From: Camelus ferus
Taxonomy: Eukaryota
Length of the DNA stretch: 64,000 bases
Assembly: GCF_009834535.1 (NCBI RefSeq)
Contig: NC_045696.1
Location: 28,522,001-28,586,000, forward strand
Direction: 5' to 3'
Position numbers and translations under genes: made by a program. Below, one piece after another: positions 36,879 through 51,411 of this stretch (within the stretch, counting starts at the first letter, position 1; each line of letters begins with the position of its first letter). The notes under the pieces are model-generated. The model searched no databases. It was not told where the DNA came from and saw only the letters and a list, made by a program, of their open reading frames with translations.

Positions 36879-39800
36879 CATCAGAAATCTCAATCCTAGT
36901 AAGACTTCCCTCCTATCTCTTCTATGAACACTTCTTTCATTTATGGAGACACATACATATACTACTAAATTTCCTTATATTTATATTATGTTCCCCCAGT
37001 AAATCCATACCTAAAAGTCCTTATACATACTTATTTTTCAAGTCCTGACTCAAAGCCCATCTTTTTCACAAAAGCTTTTTGACTTCAGATCAGAATCAAT
37101 GCCTCTGTCTCTCAGAGTTCTTACTGGAGAGAGGATGGATAGGACAATTAGGGAAAGGGCCAAAGATTTATTCTGTGCCTACGGTATGCCAGGTGTTTTA
37201 AACACACTTGTTGTACACACCTATCCAATGAAGTTGGCATTCTTCATCTTATTTAATAGGTGAGGAATGTCCCAGAGAGGGTCTTTCCCTTCGCTGATAC
37301 CAAGTGGCTTATAAACGGAGCAGGTAGGATATGACAGCTGATCTAGTTGTTTGTAAAACATCTGTGTTTTTCCTGCTGCCTCAGTGCTCTTGGTACCTCT
37401 GGGACAGCCCTTGTTGGAGAACATGTACTGTAATATGGCAGGTGTCAATAATCCCTTGAATTAAAATGATCTGAGCCCTCCTTCCACATCTTGTGAGAAG
37501 TCTAGTACCTTTTCTAGAGTTTTGGGAATTGTGCTTTGCTAACTTCTCTCCATGTAGGAGCTCACTACGGCGCCAGCCTCCTGGCAGCCCTCATCCCCGT
37601 GCGAACTCCTGCAGGTTTTTAGGGCGTATCTCGTGCCTGCTCCTGAGTAGGTCAGCATCTTCCCTACTCTGGCCTGGGGCTGATCCTCTGTGCTCATATC
37701 CTGCAGCTGCTGTTCTCTCTCCACTACTTTCCGCACACATCACATGCTTCTTTCCGAATTTTGCAAAGCACCGCGAATGCATGGCTGTTGGGTTTAACGT
37801 GTTTTCACCAAAGTTTGGGAGAAATAGAGAGGTATTCCAAATAACACTGACAAGGACTGAAAAATAAGCATGAGACATTGTCATTCTTAAAGTGTCCTCA
37901 GCTGTCTCTGCCATCAGACGTTTCTCACTTGTTCTTTATCTCCGTGAGCCCAATCTGCTGTTAAGCCGCTGACCATCAGCATCTCTCTCCCCAAATCCTT
38001 TCTCCCAACTCTGATCCCCTCCTATTTCCAGATCACCCATAAAGCCTGTGCCTTATACCAGTCATGGGAAAAATGAGATGTCTAGTTAATTTATTATTCA
38101 AGCAGCACAACTTGGAAGTGTGTGGAAAGCACTCCCATCCTATTCCCAGTAGAGAGATGAGCAAAGGGGAACACACTTTACTCAATAAAAAGATCCAGTA
38201 AGATGTTCTCCAAATGGAAAGAGCTAGCTATTTCTAATATGAATTGTGTACCCCCTCTTCTGAATTAAGATAGTATTTTTAATTTTTTTTCATGTTTGTA
38301 GGAGGCGGGGTGGGAGGCGCACATGCATTTCACCACTAGAGTGTGAGCTCTTAATTTTGGGGGACAGTATCTTACTTCTGTTGGTTTTTGTGTACCTTTT
38401 TTACCTAGCCAATCCTTTGCACGCTGTGATTTTTAAACGATCAACACGTGAAGCATTGTTTTAATAGCTTGTTCCCTAAATCACTTGGGAAAAGACAGAG
38501 TTGAGTGATTTGTGGTTTTCTGAATGATTCTAGGATTCAAAAATTATTTAACTATGCCTCTTTTTATCCAATTATTTACTTTAACTGCGATGATTCTTGT
38601 TTTATTTGTTATGTTTTGTTAATAATGAAGATGCCATTATAATATAAAATTAAAGATTTTCTTGAAAAATAAATCAGTCCCAATAGGCCCGCAGCTTTAA
38701 AATGGATTTTAAACATTGCGCATGGGCTTTATTTTTCTCTATGTAAAAGTAGCATGTGCTCAAATATATGTATATATATATATTCTAGAAAAGAAATGCC
38801 AGCTTTCAATAAAAAATCCCTGGACATATTTAGTTACAACCTTCGAATGAAAAAATAGGTTAATTATTTTAAGGTTGCTATTTGTTTGCTCTGTTTTCTA
38901 ATGTGTTCCTAAACGGTTTGGGGGGTCTGACAAAAGAACAGAATTAAAAGCCTACACAAAACGTATTCAGTGTGTTTTCATACTTCGTGATTCCCCAAAT
39001 AAAGGAAAACCAGAATTTCTTTGTTTTGTAACTATGCAGTTGATATGAGATATTTGCTAAATCCTATGTAATCCCATTTAAAATCCTTGGATTAATAGGT
39101 TTTGGGTAGAATTATTTTGGCCTATGCAATTTGCCATGGCTATCAAGCCTCTTAATATGCTTATAGAGATGGTGAGTAACAACTGAATTTGGAAAGCATT
39201 GCACATGGAAATTGTAAAGTGCAATGCACTTACTCATCTCTGGAAAACTGCCAAAGCCGTGGGCAAGGAAACTGCCAAATGTGTGCGTGGGGCCCTCGTG
39301 AATGACAGGCTAAAGTGCATTGGAGGGTGTGAAAACAGGTGGTCTGGGAAGCCTGTCATCAGCAAAGCATCTGGGCCCTGAAGTGTGACTACCTTATATT
39401 TTCTACTCCCAAAGGAGAACGATGCTAATCATGAGCACAGAGGCTGGCATTGTTTTGAGTCCTTTGTTGTGCAAACTTTGCAAGGTATTAGAATCAAAAT
39501 AGAACCACGCTTTTACTATCTGAAAACTCAAAGTCTTCTCTGTAATTGCTTTGGATCATATATATTCTTACTGCACTGTTAGTAATATTGGATGCGCTTA
39601 TTATGTTCATATAGATGGGCCATTTTTCACTTTTGAAGATGCCCATATGCTAAATGGATGGGTGGTTTTCTGTCTTCTGTTTTCAGTTACAGATTTGACC
39701 CCTAATAAATGCTACAAAATAAATACTAATTATAGACATAATGCTTCTTTCTTGATTTCTTTGTTTTTCACTCTTCAGTTTAAGGAAGTAGAGCTCGAAA

Positions 39801-42800
39801 GCACCATCCCAAACTACATTTTTTTGGATATTGTAAACTAAACTGCTATGAGCTTTTTAGAAATAGTAAAACCCTCTTTCATAATACATTTAGAGAATAT
39901 TTAAATATAAGCCTGGACCACACTAGAATAAAATTTAATTATGCTTTTAATAAAGAAGGAGCAAAAATAAAAGCAACAGGAATGGCCATTTTTATTTGCC
40001 TGATACATAGGGCAAGTTACTTTTTCACTGTATTTCAGTAATTCTTAGAACTGAGCAAACTTTATAATCATGAAGGGAAGGGTATAAAATACGGGTGTAT
40101 AACATCTACATGTTCATGAATAATTTGATTGAATTGTATTGAAGCAAAATTCACACTTCACTACTTTTAAAAGCTTCCCCAAGTGAATCTAATGTCCAGC
40201 CAGTGTTAAAAACTACTGCTATCCCTAAAGTTCTAATTGAAACTACTTTAGGTATTCAACCCCCATCACATTTTATGCTTGTAATGCACCTCTCTTCTTC
40301 CATCTCTGAACTTTATGAAAATGTCTTCTGTTTTCTCCTTCCTTACTCAGTGTTCTACTTAGTGGAAGGGAGATTTTATTTCTAAGAAGAGCACTGATTT
40401 TGGAACACCATGATCATTAATAGCACCGATTGATGCCCCAGCTGATGAAAAGTGTGGGTAGGGCAGCGGGGGAGTGTTTGCTTACCCTAACTCTCATTAT
40501 CACCATTTTCTTATTTGATAAACTGTATAGAAATGCATAATCATCTTTCCTTTGGGTTCTAATTGTGTAAGTTAATTAGAAATTTGTAACTTTTTAGCAT
40601 AGCACTTTACAATCAGAAAATCAATTGGTTAGAAATTTATAAAGAATTTTTGGTGTAAGAATCGTCTAAGCCTCTTCTGTTAACAAACAACATGAGTAAT
40701 TGTCAACACTGGTATTACTGCTAAATGCTTGTCTTGTATTATTGTAATTTATACAGATTGAATTTTAATTTTATCTCAATGTGAACATACTTGACACTAG
40801 ACAGAAAAAAATTTTTTATTCTATCAAAATAATCTACATTAAAATTGAAACAAAAATATAAATGCTATGTGTGTAGCCTCCAGATATTACTAAGAAATAA
40901 TGAGCAAAGAAAAATTGATTTTTAAATTGACTTTAGTAATTTTCTTAAAGATTATTATCATCATCTCCCCTCTTACTTATCTTTCCTTCATTATGCTCTT
41001 TTTTCTTCCTTTTTCTCTTCCTTCCTCTCGTTTTTCCTTTATTGTAGATATAATTCTTTAGGGGAAAAAAAAAAAGACCTGCAGTAAGGAAAACACGTGA
41101 AGCAGGCCATTTTTACCTTCGGGAACCACCCTTCCTGTTTTCTATAGTCTCCTCTGAACTTTGCCCCATCACATCTGGGACCTGACCTGCTCTTGTTGGG
41201 TGTGCGTTACCCAGACCTTTCTTGGGCTACACATCATACGTGCTGTACCCTGAGAAAACAGGCAATATTCTCACATCATCTACCTCAAAATATATTTGCA
41301 CCACTGCTATTTCCTTGCTAGTCTGCTAGATGCCTTGTTGGACCAAATATTTTACCAAGTGTTAATGGTAAATAATGTCTTATTATAAAAAAAAAATTAT
41401 TGGTCATAACATTTTATGTTTGCAGTAGAGAGGTAGAATATGAAAGAAAGTAAGTAGAAGTTCAGGCCAGTATCAGTAGCTTCATGTGTCCGTTATATAA
41501 TAGGATTTGATCTTTAATTTTGTAACTACCAAAACTGGTGTTATTGATTCATCCAGAGATAAGCAATTTCACTGAAGTGACTCACACTTTCACAATTTAC
41601 AAGAGATTGATGTATAAATGAGGATACAAAATAAACTTTTTCAGGTTATATTACATATATAATATGCACATAATAAGCATGTTATTGTATACTGTGTATT
41701 ATCCTTCATTATAATTTAAGTTAAATAACAGGAACTGCCTATTTTATTGACCACTGTAACCTAGACCAATGCCTGACACATATATTAGGTATCCAAGGAA
41801 TGGTGTAAGAATGAGTTTATAAAATAAAAGTTTCACACTATGTTGCAAAGTCCTCTTTATTTACCTGTTTCATCCACCAGTGTTTAAATCCCATGATGAT
41901 GGGACTATATTATTCACATATATAATGCTTGTTCTAACACAATGCCTCAGCAAGTCAGTATATAATTGCCTATAGAAGTTAGATTTTAAAAGTGATAGAG
42001 ATGATGATGATTATGATGATAGCAAGTAATCATCTAAGAATGATGACTCCATAGGGGATGTTGGGGAAAGAAGGGAAGGTTTGAGATCATTTTAGAAATA
42101 AAATGATATTATTGAAGAAATATAAAGAGACTGGCAATTCTGGGTGCTTTTTGAGGTTGTGGTTTTCACATTCAAGAAAGTTCACTTAACACATTTGTGT
42201 AATTTTCTCCAGCAGCATTCAGCTTCTCAGCTGCAGCCAAGGAGTACACAAACATTTAGTTATAGCTAGGCCTGGGGTTTTGCCAGAAGAGTAAAAGCAG
42301 GAAGGAAAGAGGGAGAGAGAGAGAAAGAAAAAAATAAATGAGCCAAATGCAGAATCATCAATGAGTGAGAAAGCTGAGCAGCATCTGTATCAAAGAATCT
42401 GGATTTTGGAGAAAATAAGTGAGAAATTCAGCATTGGAGTAATAATGAGAAACAATTGATGAAACTCTGTCACCTTGAATACTGAGCTGTGTGAGTTCAA
42501 TGTGGGTTGGATACCTACTACCTGAAAAGTCTATAAAAGAAATTGTTTTCAAGAGATAGCCAAGTGCCAACTGGGGCATCAAGACAGGAAGAGTATCTTT
42601 AAGAATTGTTGGAGACACAGAGTGATTTGTTGATTACAAGATCTGAGTTTTTAGGGGTATAGGAGAAACATTTGGGAGAGAGGGAGAGAAGGAGAGAGAG
42701 AAAACCCTGGAGCATGAAATCAGAGTAAGAGAAGTACAGAAAGTACAGACACAAGCATCTTTTAATGGATGGATGGTCCATCGGATGGACAAACTGATGG

Positions 42801-45800
42801 GGACTGCAATGGACAAGACTGTGAGTCATAGGATTGTACATCCATGGAGAGAAAGTTTTCCAGTCTTGCTACCCAAAAATGTGATTCAAATGTCCTCAAT
42901 ATCTTCTTTTAAGTCATTGATAAACTGCTGACTGATAGAGAATGATCATGTATATTTGATCCTGGCACAAGAGAATTTGCTCTTGGATTTACCATCAGTG
43001 CTTATATCTCCTCTTATTGCTATACATCTGTAGTATAAAGGCACCTGTGGTCCTGCCTTGGAGCTTTGTATATAGAAAGGGAAGACACCATGAGCTAAAT
43101 GTAATACTCAGTTTAGGACAAATGGATTTAAAAAGCCAAGGGCTAATCAGCTGGATTAGATGAGGTTATCTTTGGGTAGTAACAATAAAATTATATGAGA
43201 CTCCAAAACATTAAATATGTATATATAAAAGTACATATTTTTGTTTATTTTACATTTTTGTGTAAAAGTCATTAGTATGCATTCATTATTTATGAGAATA
43301 ATTTTAAAAACTGACCCTGGAACTTCTATCTGAATATTTGCCTAAATATTCTATATTATTTTTCTCAGAACTATAGCTAATATTAAAGCATTATCAGAGT
43401 CAATAATAATAGAGCATAACTAAATCCATTTTAGCTGTTAATGAGACTTCCTTATGTTAAATTTCAATGTTGTAGTAAGATTACAATCATTTATTATGTG
43501 AAATTAAGAACTTAAAATTTCACTAATGGTGCAATTTTCTTGCTAATTTATTCTTTACTTAATAGCATATAATTGTTTGAATAAAATTTCATGTCTCCTC
43601 AAAACAGAAAAGGCATTGTGAAGAGGTATATTCAATTCTAACTAAAATTTTTATTTAAATTATAAAGAAATTTGAGATTGACATTAATGCATTCTATGTT
43701 TGTGCCTTTTTTCATACTTTTGAAACAGCAAAATGTGTGTGATAGGTGGTCAGGTAGAGTACTACCAACACTTACTAAGCATGCAGTAAGTCATAATCAA
43801 GTGTCAACTTTGCAAGTACATCGCAGTATGAAGCAACAAAAATGGAAATATGTATCTCAAAATACATATCTCACTAGTTGTGATAATTAAAATATTATCT
43901 TGTGATTTAATAATTGTTATAAATACGAAGTAGGAAGCATATGAAAATACTGAGTGCCTCCAGCTGCCTTCCAAGAAAACATTCATTGCTTAATAGCTAC
44001 ATGATAAATTCTGGAAAGAAAATGTTCACTGTTTAATGCACTACTTTCAGTCTGTTGATGAATACTATTTAGACTTCTATATTCTTTCTTTCTAATTTAT
44101 TTATGCAGGTAATTATTGAGCACATACCATGTATATAAATTTACAAATTACATTAAGCACTGAAGAAAAAGTCAAGATTGAAATGAGAGATTTTTACAGA
44201 AGAGTTAACCTAAATTTGACACTCAGAGATGGTTTCTTTGGGAAAATGTTATTTGTATTAAGATCTGAAGGATATAGAGTAATCACCCAGAAACCAATGT
44301 GGGAAAAGAGCATCCTGTATATAGAGACAATGTGCAAAAAAAGATGATAATCAGTTGATCTATAGATCTGAGCTCTGACAAGAGTTTGGTTCTCATCAAA
44401 GTGAATTTAAAAAATTTGAACTAAATCTAACATGTAAAAAAATATGAACAAATGAGTGGCTGATTTTAGGAAAAGGTAATCTAATGATTGACAAATAATG
44501 CAAAAGCTACATTTGATATTTTCAAATATTCTAAAGTTTTTCGATCTTTCTAAATAACACATAGACCCCCGGTTCTCTATTTTAAGTTTTAATTACACTT
44601 ATAGAAAAAATACTTCCAGCTGAAAGATTAAGGGGCTTCTCCTTTCATTTCTGTTGCCCAGTTTTCTTTGACTGTGCACGCGTACATATCAGTACAGGTG
44701 CATGTTACATATCAATAGCTCTGTAATCATCCATCTGCTAATATACTGTGGCTTAGTGCTTTCTCTGTTGTTCCTTCTGCTCTGATAAGGGTTTACTTTC
44801 AGTTTGCTTTAAGCAGGTACTAGTAGAAAATGGTAACTTGGATTCCCATCTTGAAAAATACATTATTCCAGCCCTCACTGACCACTCGCAATCTAATTTG
44901 ACTCATTAGTGTTTTTGCCCTAGATTGATTTCCAACATCCCTTTTGTGCAGACTTCTACCACTCTTCCCAGTCACATCAGGCACCTGCACGGACTGAATA
45001 GACTTATTTCATCACACTTTGCTATTATTGCAAAGAAATGGTGATTTTCTAAATGGTCTATAACAGCCTGAAAGAGCTAATTCAGCTTTCCAAAGTGCCT
45101 AATTTTAGCTGCGGAACTATCCAGGTAAGACTGATTCCATACATCTGGCACTAAGTGATGTTTGCACTAAGAAGTTTGGAGCCCAAAAGTATCCTCCTCT
45201 GCTGAAGATTAAATCATTATAGAAACACCACTCATACTCATCATACTTTTTAGACATACCCTTAAACATTCATGTTATTTTTCCTACATAAAATTATATA
45301 AACATAAAAAATATCATTTCACATTAAGCTAGTATCATTCTAAATGTTATCTATATAAGCTTAATGCAAAGGCCATATATAAAATGCTCAGTCCAAAGAA
45401 CAAAATCTTTCATCCCGGTAAAATGGAATAAAATAAATAGAAAATTAGTGAATTTGCCATTTAGGTGCCAAGTACTATTTTGCACATAAAGTTATATGTC
45501 CTGATATACAAGATACTTAGGTAATACTTCATTCTCTGCTTTTTCTTTTCCTACATAAATTATATAAGAATGTTTAAATCCTAAAACAAGAGTTCTAAAG
45601 CTTCTGAGATGGTATGACTTGTAATGCATTTTGCACTCTTAGACGTTAAGGGAATACTCTGTTTATGGTAAGGACAGCTCCAGCAGCATTAAGTGACAAA
45701 AACAACTGTGAGGAAGTTTTATGTTCTTATTGTAATAACCAAAGACCCTTACCTTCTTAAGTTTTTGACATACTAGACATCTTCATATTAGCGTGTTCAA

Positions 45801-47759
45801 TGTCATGAGACAACTTTTTCTAATAGTTAATAAAGTAAATTAGGAATGGGAGTAATTTTTATGAGAAAAACATTATAGAGAGCCTAATTGACTCTGGGTT
45901 TGTAGGAGACATATAATAAACTGATTGTGAATCTTACCATGTTAGGATGAATAACAACCATGAGTTTTACAGTTGAAATTTTTATTTCATTTTTCCCATA
46001 CTAACTGATACTAAATCTACTTCTAAAATAGACTTTAGCCAACTTATAATAAAACCACATAAATGTGACAGAACTGTGAGATCAGAAAAATACAAAACAA
46101 AGAAAAACATCCAAGGGCTGAAATCTCATATATGGGGAGGTGAAGATTAAGGGAAACAATACAGTTATGTCAGAAGAACAAGGTTTTCCTGACTCCAAGC
46201 TTCCTGGGAGTCAGTGGAGGAAGGAAGCAGGATAAATTTCAATGGCATAAAAAAAAATGACTCAATGGGCCATTGGAATGTCTCCTGGTTAGTATTTTTA
46301 TTAGCACTGTAAAAGTGATATAAATTTTACTAGTTTCCTGTTGTCTTATACTCTGCCCATGATCATCATATCATCAAAGTTATATAGAATTCCTGAAATC
46401 TTAGAAATAATATTCTACTTATAAATTAAAATTTTGAGAAAAACAGAAATTCCAAATCAAAGTCTCTTAACACCCTATGACCTGGATAAGAATGTTTGCT
46501 GGCATTTTTGAGTGCTAATCATGTATCCTATGTCATTCTACAAAATATTACGTACATATATATATCTGATAATTATTTATATATCTGATGACTCTTTTGA
46601 TGCAAGAAGGTTGGGTGGGTTCAAGGATGAAGGGATAGTTGGATCTAGACATAGCAGGAGTTATTATCCTTAAACGATTGTGAAAACTTATGTCTGGGTA
46701 TTTTGTGTCTAAATATAGTAATTAGAATCTGTGTATCTAGTATTATGAAGTAGAATTTTCAATTTCCTTTATGAAGTAGTCTTTGAAGCCTACTAAGAGT
46801 GAGTCCATGTGATGTGAGGAAGAGGCAGTTGCAGGTCTGAGAAGAATAGAAACATTTTAAAATAGAAATTTAGGTGAGATCTCAAGCCAGAAATGGCTAT
46901 GGATGTCAATATTTCCCCCTTTTCTTTATACAATCTTTTAAAACAAAAACAACAAAAATCACCATAAAGGGAGAAAAAAATTCTTATAAACTCCATTTGA
47001 CTTGAAACTAGGAAGCAGATTTCATCTACAGATTCCAAATTATGCTTAAATGCTACCACAACATCTAAAATTGGGCATAAACTATGTGAGAAAATTGAGA
47101 AGTGTGGATAATGACAGTAAGAACCAAGGGAGTTTATGTCAGAAAATTCTAGGGAAAAATACTTTTTCTAAATGTTTATCTCTTGATGTCAACAAGATAT
47201 GTGAGAACTGTGGTAAGTGAGGAAGGCAAAGAAAGTCCTTCTGCTTGTGATTTGGCTCTGGATTTGGAGTTGCACAGTGAATCACAAAGAATACAGTCTG
47301 CCTCTCTGGCAGCAGGGCTGAGTGAGCCTTTCGTGTATAGACACTTCCCCTGCCTAGTAGAGTAGCTGGACCACTTCCTATATATAGAAAACAAATAAAA
47401 ATGATTAGACCAGGTATATCTAACATATATAATGAGGAATAATATAATAAAGGAAATTACATGTTATTGTTACAAAAACAATATAAGTAAAACAAGAATA
47501 AGAACATTTTTCTCTACCAAAAGACAAAGTGATCAGAAAAAATTCTACCTCAGAGAAAATACAAATTTTGACCATGTATTTTCCCATGTTAAAAAACAAA
47601 CAGTATATAAATCCATTGATGAACAAACACCACAACACAAGGGGAAAAAAAAAAAGTAAAGGATTAGAGGATCAGGGAGATGGAGGAGACAAAATGGGAA
47701 TGTAGACAGAGTTCGGGAAGGAAGCAGGGGCAATACATCACAGCATCACAGAAATGAAG

Positions 47760-49040
47760 ATAAACTTGGAAAAAGCACAAACAATAACATGGTAAGAGAC
47801 ATGGAGGGTAGAAAAGAGAAAACAAGCACAAGGAAATGAAAATAAAATAAGTGTTAAATGGTTAAGAGAATAATAGATCTAGAAGACAAACAAAAAGATA
47901 TTATGTATAGAGTCTTTCAAGACATAAAGCAAAATAATGGAACAGAATCTAAGTCAAAAATATAATATTAATAGTTAATCTGTATATTTAGAAAGAATTA
48001 AAGTCTACACAATGAAAAGGAACATCATTTGGCTGAAAAAAAGAAGTAGCATCTCTTTGAAGGGGGAAAATTAATTAATTTTATGGGACTCAGATTTTTT
48101 TTAAAACCATACTCAGTGTCAGGACTGTGGAACATATAAAAGACACACTCAAAGAAAGAAAATGTCACTAGCGACTTAATATTCAGCCAAATCTCCACCC
48201 AAAAGTTCCAAAGAAAGAAAAGAAAATAAGAAATCTCTAAAAATGACAACACATTCTGTTAATGAGGCTTGGAGAAGTAGGCCTTCACACTGATGGTGAA
48301 ATTATTAACTGGTTCAAACCTTATCAAGAGTCCATTGCTAACACTGATCAAATCTAAAACACATATACACTTGACAGGGTAATCTCACTTCGAGGAATTT
48401 ATTCCTATGATATGCTTACTTATATATGAAATGATATATTTTCAAGTTTATTCAGCTTATTGTTGGTATTACATTAAGATTAAAAACAACCTGGGGAGGG
48501 AGAATATCGCTCAGGTGGTAGAGTGCACGCAGAGCTTGCAGGAGGTGCTGGGCTCAATCCCTAGCACTTCCCCTAAAAAATAAATAAACAAGTAAACCTA
48601 ATTACCTCCTCCCTCAAAGTAAAATAAAATACAATAATTTTTAAAAGATTAAAAACAACCTAAATTCATAAATTACTTATATCCACATAGTGAGAAAATG
48701 AAATGGCAAAATGTTTTATATGCTGTTACAGATCTCCAAAATACGTTGTTAACCAAAAAATTACAGAACAATGTGGGTACTATGTGATATAGGCAAAAAT
48801 AAAATAATGAAAAAATAATGTGTTTATTTCCTTTTGATTGTACATGTATTAAAGAGTTCTAGAAGAAACATAAGAAACCACTAACTGCAGTTGTTTTTAT
48901 TTTGAGGGCAAGGTTTGGATTGGGAAAATGGAGGATGAGCAAGGCACTAAGAGGAAGACTTTCACTGTGCATCTTTTCTGGAATTTGGGGATTTTAAGTC
49001 ATTGAAGTGTGTTACATAACCAAAAGAGAAAATGAATAAG
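47760..49040 (+). mobile_element. Old L1M/HAL1-like fragments (ORF1-like and 3' pieces)
   Basis: A-rich; atagatctagaagacaaacaaa...aataatggaacagaa; ctgttaatgaggcttggagaagtagg...aatctcacttcgaggaatttattc. Confidence 0.5.
48493..48644 (+). mobile_element. Vic-1-type SINE with perfect 17-bp target-site duplication
   Basis: tRNA-like head (gctcaggtggtagagtg...gggctcaatccctagcac) and tail aataaataaacaagtaaacctaattacctcc. aagattaaaaacaacct occurs at 48476-48492 and 48645-48661. Confidence 0.92.
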
Positions 49041-51411
49041 TTTAATGAAAAAAAGAAATAATAAATATAACAGGTGAACGACCTAAACAAATACTCCTAC
49101 ACTCACAAATGAATTCTTCATTAAGAAGTTTTTGTAAAGTCAACATAGAAAAATACCATAGTTGTAGCACAATTTTTAATAATATCGGCTATATTCTGAG
49201 AAATAAAGAACCTCAGTGTTCTGTAATCCTACCCAGCTATGTAGCTCTGATATGTGACAAAGTAATGTCACTATACCAGCTTCAGCTTACATTGGAACAT
49301 GGTGACAATCCTATTGAATAATTTAAAAACAAACAAAATAATAAACACATTGCCAACAACAAAACCTTGCTACTATAGTTAGTCATCATTTAAGGTTTAA
49401 ATTTTGTCAGGACCTGTTTAAGTTACTGCTGTTATGTGGCAGTGCTGTCCCTATCTCTGACATCATTGCAATACTGGTGACTTTTGAGAAGATCTGTGTC
49501 ATCTAAAAACTACTGAATCTATTTTAGGGTAGGGTAGTTGGAGAGAAGGCAAAAACTACACAAAGCACCTCACTGAGAAAAGGAGTTATTTTAACTTAAC
49601 CACATGTGAAAATCACTGCAGAATACATTCAAAAGATGATAAAAGAAAAAATTAATATTACACTGTCATTTTCCAGATATACATAGTGACTCTCACTCCT
49701 AAAATAATTTTGACTAACAAAATGGTAATATTCTGTGAGTCTACTTCTGTATTACTGGAAGAGAATGCAGAAATTCCAAATTGCCTCTCCACTAATTTTT
49801 ACAGCTAGGAAAAAATGTTTTCTTCCACATTACTGAACAGGAAATATAACTAACATATTATCTCTGCAAAGCTCTGAAAGTGAAATATTTAGTGAATTCT
49901 GTTGACATCTAGCCATTATAGGTGAAGTACAGTGTTTAACTTTTGGTATTACAATGCCACACTCATAAATGGATCCTGGTTATTATTTCCGAATAGGAAA
50001 TTAAAGTGTAGGAAAAATCTAATGGAAAAATTAAATTAACATTACTAAATTGGAAATATGATGATTAAATATCTTAAAATAGAATAATCTTGCCTGCTTA
50101 ATAAAACCTTTCATTTTTTTAATAAGTTACAGCATTTTCTCATAAATAAGCTATTTTAAAATCCATTTGTGTTTGTTTTTTAAAAAATCTTTTTTTTAGA
50201 ATCACTTTTGCCATGCAGCTGCAGCACAATTACCTAGTATTTTAAAATGTTCTTTTGAAAGACTTTTGTAAACTCAAACCATGAGTTTTGCTTTTTTGGT
50301 TTTTATCTCAACTCACAAGTCTTTTAATTACCATCTAAAGTGATTCTACATCCCCCATTCAAATATATGATAATTAACTGGGCTAAAATTACATGCATTG
50401 TAAGGTGCTGCCAGATAGAACCCCAAGTGGTGATACATGGTAAAAACCAAAGTAAATTATCTTCTTGAAATTAATGTATCTTCAGTTTACACCGACAATA
50501 ATGTAAAAACTAAAGCAGCCATTTAGACCAAAGGAAGCTGCAAAGCGTATTATTGAGAATAAGATATTAAATGAAGACGGAAAGAACAGATGAATAAGTT
50601 TGCAATTCTTTATGTGGTGCTCAATGCTTCTGCTTTTAAATTAACACTCTAATTATTCTGTTTATACATCTGTTTATATGATATATACGTTTCCAGAGTA
50701 TTCAATATCTAATTACACTGCTTGTTAATAGAAGTGTATTTTATAAGATATGTTAAACCATTTCTCTTTTCTCTAAATAGTAATTGTAGAAGCTGTAACA
50801 AGCAGTGCTTATCTTATTAGAATTGATGAATTCTAATACTTTCTACAAAGGGAAAAAAAGTATAATATAGTAGAACACAGACACACACGTATGGATCACT
50901 CAAATAAGTAACTTGCATGTGTAACCATAATATGAAATTTTTAATTGCCCCATCAAAAATTTTCCCACTTTTCTGTACTATCTGAGAATCCCTTCAACAT
51001 GCTCACCAGAGAAATATAAAAACATAAATATAATGCCTTTTTGGAAAGAGAGTAGTTTTTAATCGACATAATTTATGATTTTTACTTTCCACATTTAAAA
51101 TCCTTTGAAGTTTTTGCTGCTATTAGAAGAAAAGACAAGTAAAATGCAACAAAACTGGGAATAACAAAATATCCAGTAATGTTAATTTTTATAGAAAAAT
51201 CACCTAAACAGCAAAAATCCCTATTACTCCAAATCTGTCCTATGATATAGTGGTGGGGGCCAGTCAAATAGGTGGTAACCACTTCTTGTTTCTCCTTATA
51301 TAAATTTGAAAGTCTATGCCCATTAGTGATCAAAACAAACAAACAAAAACAAATAAAAACTCACTTTAAAAAAAGATTCTAGCTATAGGGTGGTGAAATT
51401 ATGGGGTACAA

